The position numbers were made by a program, and so were the translations under genes. From Elusimicrobia bacterium HGW-Elusimicrobia-3 (GTDB taxonomy: Bacteria > Elusimicrobiota > Elusimicrobia > Elusimicrobiales > UBA9959), in assembly GCA_002840355.1 (NCBI GenBank), contig PHAL01000014.1, forward strand, positions 8,518-72,517: a DNA stretch of 64,000 bases, given 5' to 3'. How positions within the stretch are numbered: the stretch's first letter is position 1; the number at the start of each line of letters is the position of its first letter. Below, one piece after another: positions 27,460 to 34,132 of the stretch. The notes under the pieces are model-generated. The model was not told where the DNA came from. It saw only the letters and a list, made by a program, of their open reading frames with translations, and made no database searches.

Positions 27460-28602
27460 ATGATGGAATTCGAGACAAAACTCATACACGCCGGCCAGGC
27501 GGCGGACAGGCAGACCGGCTCGGTGAACGTGCCGGTATACCAGACCTCCACCTATAAGCAGGACGCCATAGGCAAAGACCGGGGGTGGGAATATTCGCGC
27601 TCCGGCAACCCCACGCGCAAGGCGGTGGAGGACTGCATAGCCGCGCTAGAAGGGGCAGCTCACGGCCTGGCTTTCGCCTCAGGCCTCGCGGCCGAAACCG
27701 CGGTGGTGGGCGGGTTGCTGAAGAAGGGCGACCACGTGGTGGCCGGCGACGATCTGTACGGCGGCACCTACCGGCTGTTCGAGAAGGTTTTCCGGAAGTG
27801 GGGGCTGGAAGTCTCCTACGCTGACTCGAAGAACCCGGCGGCCTTTAAGCGGGCCATGCGGCGCAATACCCGGCTGGTCTGGGCGGAGACGCCCACCAAC
27901 CCCCTGCTCAATATCACCGACATAGCGGCCGTGGCCGAAATAGCCCATAAAGGCAGGGCGCTGCTGGCGGTGGATAACACCTTCGCCACGCCGTATTTTC
28001 AGCGGCCCATCGAATTGGGCGCTGATATCGTCGTGCACAGTTCCACCAAGTACCTGGGCGGCCACAGCGACGTGATAGGCGGCCTGATGGCGATAAAAGA
28101 CAAGGCCGTCTGCGAGGCGGTCAAGTTCTACCAGAACGCCGCCGGCGGAGTCCCGGGGCCCTGGGACGCCTGGCTGACGCTGCGCGGCATCAAGACCCTG
28201 TCGGTGAGAATGAAAGCCCATGAGGCCAACGCCTTCGAGATAGCCGCCCTGCTGGCCCGCCACCCCGCTGTCTCAAAGGTGTTCTACCCGGGCCTGGAGG
28301 GCCACCCCGGCCACGCCCTGGCTGCCGGGCAGATGGACGGCTTCGGCGGCATGGTCAGCTTCGAGCTGAAGGGCGGCCGGCCCGCCGCGGACCGCTTCTT
28401 CAAAAGACTGCGGATCTTCTCGCTCGCCGAGAGCCTCGGAGGCGTAGAATCGCTGGCCTGCTACCCGGCCGTGATGACGCACGCGGCCATACCGGAGAGG
28501 GACAGGCTTAAGCGCGGCATCACCTCCGGGCTGGTGCGCCTGTCGGCCGGCATAGAGAATTCCGAGGACCTGATCGGGGACATTGAAAGGGCTTTGAAGT
28601 AG
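27460..28602 (+). CDS. Cys/Met-metabolism PLP enzyme, cystathionine gamma-lyase/gamma-synthase family
   Basis: YSRSGNPTR, and HSSTKYLGGHSDVIGG (PLP-Lys context), AESLGGVESL, RLSAGIE. 15 nt after the CBS-like gene. Confidence 0.85.
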   Translation: MMEFETKLIHAGQAADRQTGSVNVPVYQTSTYKQDAIGKDRGWEYSRSGNPTRKAVEDCIAALEGAAHGLAFASGLAAETAVVGGLLKKGDHVVAGDDLYGGTYRLFEKVFRKWGLEVSYADSKNPAAFKRAMRRNTRLVWAETPTNPLLNITDIAAVAEIAHKGRALLAVDNTFATPYFQRPIELGADIVVHSSTKYLGGHSDVIGGLMAIKDKAVCEAVKFYQNAAGGVPGPWDAWLTLRGIKTLSVRMKAHEANAFEIAALLARHPAVSKVFYPGLEGHPGHALAAGQMDGFGGMVSFELKGGRPAADRFFKRLRIFSLAESLGGVESLACYPAVMTHAAIPERDRLKRGITSGLVRLSAGIENSEDLIGDIERALK

Positions 28603-28617
28603 AACTGGAGGTACGCG

Positions 28618-28821
28618 ATGACCGAAGAGAACAAAAAACATATGTGCGAGATGGCGGGGAAAAAAGAGTTCGCGGCCGAAATGAAGGCGGCCGCCAGGAA
28701 CGCGAAATTAATCTGCCCCGGCTGCGGCCGCGTGGCGGCCGACAAGGAGCGGTTGTGCTGCCCGGGCGAGGACCTTTACGACGACAAAGACGCCGGAGAA
28801 TCCTGCTGCGGCGGCCATTAA
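28618..28821 (+). CDS. Small (67 aa) cysteine-rich protein, unknown function (candidate metal-binding protein)
   Basis: GGAGG RBS 6-7 nt upstream of the ATG. 7 Cys: C10, CPGC at 33-36, CC at 47-48, and a C-terminal CCGGH. No signal peptide. It sits in 14-15-nt gaps between the gamma-lyase and YHS genes. Confidence 0.55.
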   Translation: MTEENKKHMCEMAGKKEFAAEMKAAARNAKLICPGCGRVAADKERLCCPGEDLYDDKDAGESCCGGH

Positions 28822-28835
28822 GCAAGGAGGGAGAT

Positions 28836-29384
28836 ATGAAGAGAGCACTGATAGCGATCATTGTGGCCGCCCCGCTGCTGGCGGGCGCCGCTTACGGCCA
28901 GAAAGGCCACGAAGGCCATGACCACGCCCGGCCCGCGGCCAGGAAAGCGGCCGACGCTAAACCCGGCAAGGAAGTCCCTGCCGCCAGGAAGGTTACCGAG
29001 GCGGAGATAGGCAAGGACGCCGTCTGTCCGGTTACGGGCGAGAAGTTAAAGGTGGCCGAAGACACGATCTCGATGTCCTATAAGGGCAAGGTCTACTACT
29101 TCTGCTGCGCCGGCTGCGACAAGTCCTTCGTTAAGAACCCGCAGAAATACGCCGAGAAAGCCGCCCCGGAGAAGGTCTACGCCTGCCCGATGGGCGACTA
29201 CGAGGGGGCGAAGCCCGGCAAATGTCCAAAATGCGGCATGAAGCTGGAGGAGAAAAAGGTCTCCGCCGCTAAAAAGTACGTCTGCCCCATGGGCTGCGCG
29301 CAGGCCGATAAACCCGGCCGCTGCCCCGAGTGCGGGATGCAGATGAAAGAGGCATCGGGCGGAAAGCCCGAAGACAAAAAGTGA
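28836..29384 (+). CDS. Secreted metal-binding protein: His-rich N-terminus, YHS domain, two HMBD (CPxCGM) domains
   Basis: AGGAGGGAG RBS. Signal peptide MKRALIAIIVAAPLLAGAAYG. GHEGHDH. YHS motif CPVTGEKL...KGKVYYFCCAGCDKSFVKNPQKY. YACPMGDYEGAKPGKCPKCGMKL and YVCPMGCAQADKPGRCPECGMQM. The track ORF from 28644 is an extension. Confidence 0.8.
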   Translation: MKRALIAIIVAAPLLAGAAYGQKGHEGHDHARPAARKAADAKPGKEVPAARKVTEAEIGKDAVCPVTGEKLKVAEDTISMSYKGKVYYFCCAGCDKSFVKNPQKYAEKAAPEKVYACPMGDYEGAKPGKCPKCGMKLEEKKVSAAKKYVCPMGCAQADKPGRCPECGMQMKEASGGKPEDKK

Positions 29385-29409
29385 CGCGCGGCCTGCCGCC
29401 GGACCGGCC

Positions 29410-29793
29410 TTAACCGGCCCGGCGGGAGGGCAGCATGGCCCGCATACGCCGGACCGAGTGGTAGAGCCCGGCCCAGCAGCAGGCGGCGCCGGTCCATACA
29501 TGCAGCCGGAACAGCAGTTTGGACAAAGGCTTGCCTACGGGCAGGAACAGCGCCAGCCCCGTCACGCAGCAGGCGGCGAAGCTTACCAGCAGGATCCAGT
29601 TCCAGGCCAGCTTGAGCCTGGCTGAAGGGTAGCCCGCTTTTTCAGCGCGCTCCGAGGCCAGCGACAGCAGGGCCATCACCCCGAGTATATGCAGGATATA
29701 GAACTCCAGGAAATAGTTCCTCGGGGCGGCCTGCGCGGCCAGCGCCGGGGCGGCCTGGCACAGCAGCAGCACCGCCAGCGCCAGCGGCTTCAT
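29410..29793 (-). CDS. Membrane protein (signal peptide plus about 3 TM segments), unknown function
   Basis: Signal-like N-terminus MKPLALAVLLLCQAAPALAA, followed by hydrophobic helices with CC pairs (FAACCVTG, GAACCWAG). ATGA overlap with the upstream HMA gene. Confidence 0.5.
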   Translation of the reverse strand: MKPLALAVLLLCQAAPALAAQAAPRNYFLEFYILHILGVMALLSLASERAEKAGYPSARLKLAWNWILLVSFAACCVTGLALFLPVGKPLSKLLFRLHVWTGAACCWAGLYHSVRRMRAMLPSRRAG

Positions 29794-30041
29794 ACGGCGC
29801 CGCCTCCGGGCGGCACCGACGCGGCGTAACCGGCGCGCGCCAGGGCGGCCGCCAGCGCCTCGGGGCCCGTTTCCGCGGGACGGTAACCGACCTCTGCCCG
29901 GCCGCCGGAAAGGTCCACCGAGGAGTACTCCACCCCGGGCCGGGAGTCCAATATCCGCTTAACGTTTGCGGAGCAGCCGCCGCAGCTCATCCCGCCCACT
30001 TCCAGCAGTACGATCTTGCTCTGTTCCATATTCATCTCCAT
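29790..30041 (-). CDS. Heavy-metal-associated (HMA, CopZ-like) domain protein
   Basis: VLLEVGGMSCGGCSANVKRILDSRPGVEYSSVDL..GRAEV is the GMxCxxC ferredoxin-like HMA signature. There are three in-frame ATGs (30041, 30035, 30029). The one at 30029 has the best GGAG spacing. The track ORF to 30275 is an extension. Confidence 0.8.
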   Translation of the reverse strand: MEMNMEQSKIVLLEVGGMSCGGCSANVKRILDSRPGVEYSSVDLSGGRAEVGYRPAETGPEALAAALARAGYAASVPPGGGAV

Positions 30042-30079
30042 TTCTTTCCGGGACCGGAGTTGCCGGCCCCTGAGCTGTT

Positions 30080-30823
30080 TTAGAAAGGCACGCCCACGAT
30101 CAGGCGGGTCTGCGCGTCCTTGCTGTCCGAGTTCAGGCCGGCCAGGTAGCCCAGGTTGGCCCACACTTTCATATCCCTGGCGCGCAGGTGCACGGTCGGA
30201 CCGGCGTGGTAGGCGTTGGCCTTGTAGTCGCCGGTGGCTTCCAGCCCGGCCTTGAGGCTGCCGGAGAACTTCCACGAGGCGCCGGCGGAGAAGCGATGCT
30301 CGGCGGCGGCGAGCCGCTCGAGGGGGAACTCCACCACCTGGTTATAGGCCAGGTTCAGCCGGCCCAGGTCCTTGGCCAGCACAAGCTTGCCCTCGAAGGC
30401 GCCCTGCGCCGACAAGTCGGTATTGCGCACATACTCGCCGTACAGCAGCGCGTCCACGGGCAGCTCGCCCCTCTCGGCCAGGCGGTGGCGCAGGCGCAGT
30501 TTCATCCCGTCATAACTGAAAGTTTTGGAAGTCGGCGTATTGCTCTGCTTGAAGTTCTGGTACATCGCTATGTCGGTCTTCGGGGTCAGGCCGTACTCCA
30601 GCTCCACCTGGTGCTTCCAGGAGGAAGTCTCGGGCGCGTCGGTGTCGGCCACCTCGGTGGTGGAATAATACTCCAGTTCGGCGTGACCCTCGCGCACCGT
30701 CATGTACTCGTAAGTCCAGACGTAGGAGCGGGGGTCCGCCTTGGCCGGCGCGGGCCCCGCGGCCACCAGGGCGGCGAACACTGCCGCTCCAGCCATCATC
30801 CTGTTCTTCATGTTCTTTTTCAT
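30080..30823 (-). CDS. Outer-membrane beta-barrel protein, unknown substrate
   Basis: AGGAGAA RBS. Signal peptide MKKNMKNRMMAGAAVFAALVAAGPAPAKA. Alternating amphipathic beta-strand pattern and a C-terminal ..LIVGVPF (terminal Phe). Confidence 0.65.
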   Translation of the reverse strand: MKKNMKNRMMAGAAVFAALVAAGPAPAKADPRSYVWTYEYMTVREGHAELEYYSTTEVADTDAPETSSWKHQVELEYGLTPKTDIAMYQNFKQSNTPTSKTFSYDGMKLRLRHRLAERGELPVDALLYGEYVRNTDLSAQGAFEGKLVLAKDLGRLNLAYNQVVEFPLERLAAAEHRFSAGASWKFSGSLKAGLEATGDYKANAYHAGPTVHLRARDMKVWANLGYLAGLNSDSKDAQTRLIVGVPF

Positions 30824-30850
30824 GCTGTGGTTCTCCTTTTTTACCGTCTC

Positions 30851-30881
30851 TATAATGATTGTGATAGTCATTATCATTATA
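30851..30881. promoter_or_regulatory. Fur-box-like operator (two overlapping registers) upstream of the OM barrel gene
   Basis: GATAGTCATTATCATTATA (30863-30881) matches 15/19 positions of the classical consensus GATAATGATAATCATTATC. An overlapping TATAATGATTGTGATAGTC matches 13/19. It lies 28-58 nt upstream of the ATG at 30823, in an AT-rich gap. Confidence 0.6.
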
Positions 30882-30899
30882 AATTTAAAAAATATATAC

Positions 30900-31334
30900 C
30901 TACTTCTTTTTCGCGCAGTTCCGGCACAGGCCGTAGATCTCCAGCCGGTGACTGGCGATGACAAAGCCATGGCGCGCGGCCAGGCGCTCCTGCAGGCGCT
31001 CTATCTCGGGGTCCACGGCCTCGATAAAGGCGCCGCAGGCGGTGCAGATCAGATGGTCGTGGTGGGCGCGCTCCCCGGCAGGCTCGTAACGGGCCACGCC
31101 GTCGGCGGGGATGAACTCGGAGACCTTGCCGCAGCCGCACAGGCATTTCAGCGCGCGGTAGACGGTGGCTATGCCGATGCCCGGAATACGGCGCTGCGCG
31201 GCCTTGTGTACCTGCTCTGCGTTCAAATGGCCGCTCTCGGACGAGAGCACCTCCAGTATGGCCTCGCGGCGGCGGCTGCGGCGGTAGGCCTGGCAGTCGC
31301 AGGTTTTGCTGTGAGGGGGAGTTTTCTTCGCCAT
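30900..31334 (-). CDS. Fur-family metalloregulator
   Basis: Winged-helix region (REAILEVL....HLNAEQVH......GIGIATVYRAL), HHDHLIC, and paired CxxC motifs (CTAC ... CRNC). The ATG at 31334 is chosen because the track start at 31385 would cover the operator. Confidence 0.85.
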   Translation of the reverse strand: MAKKTPPHSKTCDCQAYRRSRRREAILEVLSSESGHLNAEQVHKAAQRRIPGIGIATVYRALKCLCGCGKVSEFIPADGVARYEPAGERAHHDHLICTACGAFIEAVDPEIERLQERLAARHGFVIASHRLEIYGLCRNCAKKK

Positions 31335-31337
31335 ATT

Positions 31338-31356
31338 GATAACTGTTATCATTATC
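31338..31356. promoter_or_regulatory. Fur-box-like operator immediately upstream of the fur-family gene, in the divergent intergenic region
   Basis: Read on the minus strand it is GATAATGATAACAGTTATC, matching 16/19 positions of GATAATGATAATCATTATC. It lies 4 nt upstream of the fur-family ATG and about 105 nt upstream of the divergent gene at 31461. Confidence 0.65.
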
Positions 31357-31460
31357 CCAAATTCCAGGAGCTCCGTCAACACCATGGCCGGCCCGTGGTT
31401 TACCCGACCGCATAATTTATATAATTATAAAGGACAGACAGTATCTAACAGGAGACGAAT

Positions 31461-32087
31461 ATGAAAAAGACCGTTCTGCTTTCCATCATAACTTTAGCCC
31501 TGGGCGCCGGCGCCGCCTTCGCCCATTGCGGCAACTGCCCCGGCGACAAAAAGCCCGCCGCCGCCGAAATGAAGAGCGCCAAGAAGAGCGACTGCGGCGA
31601 CTGCCCGATGCACAAGAAAGAGCAGGCCGGCAAGAAATGCGGCGGCGTCACCTGCCCGGAAACGATCAAGGGCGCCGTGACCGCCACCAAGAATATCGAG
31701 AACGGCGTGGAGACCACGGTTACGGCCAAAGACGCCGAGACCGCCGCCCAGATACAGGAGCTCGCCATGGTCCATTACGGATCCAAGGCCGAGAAATGCC
31801 CCGGCTGCCCCACCACGGTGACCGGCGCTCAGACCAAGGTGGAGAACATCGAGGCAGGCATAAAGGTTACGATAACCGCCGCCACCCCCGAGGCCGTCAA
31901 GCAGATACAGCAAGCCGCCGCCAAGGAACACAAGGGCCACGGCCCCGCGATGACCAAGGACAAGAAAACCGGCGCCAGGAAGGCCGCCAGGGCCGGCAAG
32001 AAATACACCTGCGCGATGAAATGCGTGCAGGCCGACAAGCCGGGCAAGTGCCCCAAGTGCGGCATGCCCATGCAGGAGACCAAGTAA
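31461..32087 (+). CDS. Secreted Cys-rich protein: three N-terminal CxxC-type motifs, two tandem repeats of about 38 aa, C-terminal HMBD
   Basis: GGAGA RBS. Signal peptide MKKTVLLSIITLALGAGAAFA. HCGNC, DCGDC and CGGVTC motifs. Repeats CPETIKGAVTATKNIENGVETTVTAKDAETAAQIQELA and CPTTVTGAQTKVENIEAGIKVTITAATPEAVKQIQQAA (18/38 identical). YTCAMKCVQADKPGKCPKCGMPM. Confidence 0.7.
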   Translation: MKKTVLLSIITLALGAGAAFAHCGNCPGDKKPAAAEMKSAKKSDCGDCPMHKKEQAGKKCGGVTCPETIKGAVTATKNIENGVETTVTAKDAETAAQIQELAMVHYGSKAEKCPGCPTTVTGAQTKVENIEAGIKVTITAATPEAVKQIQQAAAKEHKGHGPAMTKDKKTGARKAARAGKKYTCAMKCVQADKPGKCPKCGMPMQETK

Positions 32088-32756
32088 ATGGTATCTTCCG
32101 TGCTCAAACAAATATCATTCTTCAAAGACCTCAGCAACAGCGACTTAAAGAAACTCTTCTCCATAGCCGGGCTCAAGCAGTACGCGGCCGGGCAGATGGT
32201 CTTCGCGAAAGCGGACCTGGGGAATAATTTCTTCATCGTGAAGACCGGCCGCATCAAGATCTTCACGACCGTAGGCGGCGGCAAAAAAAAGACCTTCGCC
32301 TACCTCAAGAAGGGGGATTTCTTCGGCGAGATGTCGCTGCTGGGCGGCAAGGTGCGCTCGGCCTCGGCCCAGGCCGCAGAGGACAGCGAGGTGCTGGTGA
32401 TCTCCAAGAAGAACTTCAAGCGCCTGATCATCGAGAACCCGGACTTCTCGCTGAACCTGCTGCAGACGCTCGTGGAGCGCCTGCACAAGGCCAACAAGGA
32501 CATGGAGTCCATGCTGTTCCACAACATCCTCGGCCGCCTGGCCGAGGCCATCCTGGATCTCTCCAAGGACAAGCACACGAAGCCGGTGAAGATGGCCATA
32601 GACCAGAACGAGCTGGCCCAGTACCTGGGCACCACGCGCGTGCCGGTCTGCCGCGCCATCAACACCCTTAAGCGCGCGGGCATCATCGATTACCGCCGCG
32701 GCGAGCTGGTGATCCTCAACCAGGCCCGCCTGCAGTCCATGGCGGGGAGCGACTGA
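32088..32756 (+). CDS. Crp/Fnr-family transcriptional regulator (cNMP-binding domain plus HTH)
   Basis: FFIVKTGRIKIF......KKTFAYLKKGDFFGEMSLLGG is the beta-roll cNMP motif. C-terminal HTH LAQYLGTTRVPVCRAINTLKRAGII. No N-terminal Cys cluster. The ATG directly follows the upstream TAA. Confidence 0.85.
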   Translation: MVSSVLKQISFFKDLSNSDLKKLFSIAGLKQYAAGQMVFAKADLGNNFFIVKTGRIKIFTTVGGGKKKTFAYLKKGDFFGEMSLLGGKVRSASAQAAEDSEVLVISKKNFKRLIIENPDFSLNLLQTLVERLHKANKDMESMLFHNILGRLAEAILDLSKDKHTKPVKMAIDQNELAQYLGTTRVPVCRAINTLKRAGIIDYRRGELVILNQARLQSMAGSD

Positions 32757-34006
32757 TGGCGCTGCATTCCCTGAGGGGTTTCCGGGACATCCTCCCGCCG
32801 GACTCCGCGCGCTTCGCGGCCATCGAGGCCGCGGCGCGGGAGGTCTTCGCCCTTTACGGTTACCAGGAGCTGCGCATCCCGACGATAGAGCTCAAGGAGC
32901 TGTTCGTGAAGTCCACCGGCGAAACCACCGATATCGTGGAGAAGGAGATGTACGCCTTCACCGACGGCGGCGGCCGCGAGGTGGCGGTGCGCCCCGAGGG
33001 CACTCCGGGCGTGGTGCGCGCCTACATAGAGCAGAACATCAACCAGAGCGGCCGAAACGCCAAGTTTTTCTATATCGGCAACATGTTCCGCGCCGAGCGC
33101 CCCCAGGCGGGCCGCTTCCGCGAGTTCGAGCAGATCGGCGCCGAGCATATCGGCAACGCCTCGCCCCTGGCCGACGCCGAGAGCATCACGATGCTGGTGC
33201 GCCTGCTGGAGCGGGCCGGCCTCACGGACTGTTCCGTAGACCTGAATTCCCTCGGCTGCGGCGAATGCCGCAAGAACTACCGGCAGACGCTGCTGGCCTA
33301 CCTGCGCGGCTGTTCGGAGCGCCTCTGCGAGCCCTGCCGCGGCCGCATAGAGCGCAACCCGCTGCGCGCGCTGGACTGCAAGATCGACGGCCCGTGGCTG
33401 GCGGGCTCCGCCCCCAAACTGACCCTCTGCCCGGACTGCGCCGAACATTTCGCCCGCGTCCAGGAACTCCTGAAGATCTCCGGCGTGCCGCATAACGTCA
33501 ACCCCGGCCTGGTGCGCGGCCTGGACTACTATACCCGCACCGTGTTCGAGGTGCGCAGCAGCGCCCTCGGCAGCCAGGACGCCGTTTGCGGCGGCGGCCG
33601 CTATGACGATCTGGTGAAATCCATGGGCGGCCCCGCCGCGCCGGCCATAGGCTGGGCGCTGGGCGTGGACCGTCTGGCCATGCTGCTCAAGGACAAGCCC
33701 GCGCCCGACTGCTCCACGCGGGCTTTCGTGGTGGCCGCCGGCAAGGAAGCCGCCAGCAAGGCCTACGCCCTGCTCTCCGCGCTGCGCGCCGCCGGCATCA
33801 GTGCCGACTTTTCCAATTTCGACCTCAGCCTGCGCTCGCAGATGCGCTCGGCCGACAAGAGCGGCGCGTTCTACGCGCTGATCCTCGGCGAGGACGAAAT
33901 GCGGGACGGCACAGTCGCCGTCAAGCCCCTGAAGGAGGCCGGCGAGCAGACCCTGGTCCCCTTCGACTCCGTCCCCTCGACCCTCAAGCAGCTCTTGAAG
34001 GTTTGA
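32756..34006 (+). CDS. hisS: Histidine--tRNA ligase
   Basis: LRGFRDILP, RYDDL and class II motifs (FRAERPQAGRFREFEQ; GGGRYD). Its ATG overlaps the crp-family TGA (TGATG). Confidence 0.93.
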   Translation: MALHSLRGFRDILPPDSARFAAIEAAAREVFALYGYQELRIPTIELKELFVKSTGETTDIVEKEMYAFTDGGGREVAVRPEGTPGVVRAYIEQNINQSGRNAKFFYIGNMFRAERPQAGRFREFEQIGAEHIGNASPLADAESITMLVRLLERAGLTDCSVDLNSLGCGECRKNYRQTLLAYLRGCSERLCEPCRGRIERNPLRALDCKIDGPWLAGSAPKLTLCPDCAEHFARVQELLKISGVPHNVNPGLVRGLDYYTRTVFEVRSSALGSQDAVCGGGRYDDLVKSMGGPAAPAIGWALGVDRLAMLLKDKPAPDCSTRAFVVAAGKEAASKAYALLSALRAAGISADFSNFDLSLRSQMRSADKSGAFYALILGEDEMRDGTVAVKPLKEAGEQTLVPFDSVPSTLKQLLKV

Positions 34007-34025
34007 GACCTCCCGCGCAGGGCGT

Positions 34026-34132
34026 CCTGGGCGTCGTCCCGCGCGCCCTTTGCGGAAGGGGGGGCCCCGCCCGGCGGGGGGAAACCGACGCAAGGGTTTC
34101 CATCTTCCAGGGCGCGCGGGACGACGCCCAGG
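34026..34132. repeat. 24-bp perfect inverted repeat (arms 34026-34049 and 34109-34132) enclosing two smaller hairpins
   Basis: CCTGGGCGTCGTCCCGCGCGCCCT ... AGGGCGCGCGGGACGACGCCCAGG. The inner hairpins are CCCCGCC/GGCGGGG and GGAAACC/GGTTTCC. It lies in the 169-nt hisS-aspS spacer. Confidence 0.9.

Noticed and set aside
29384-29410. A possible shared terminator between the convergent YHS gene and the membrane protein gene (GC-rich ccgccggaccggcc...ccggcccggcgg).
   Set aside because: The arms are only partly complementary, there is no T-run or A-run, and the sequence overlaps the 3' end of the minus-strand ORF. It is not convincing.
17490-32087. The metal supercluster as a mobile genomic island or integrative element.
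   Set aside because: Despite the lower G+C of the pump genes, there is no integrase, transposase, relaxase, flanking direct repeat or adjacent tRNA. The only tRNA is 15 kb away at 46965-47040. I reported it as a compositional anomaly only.
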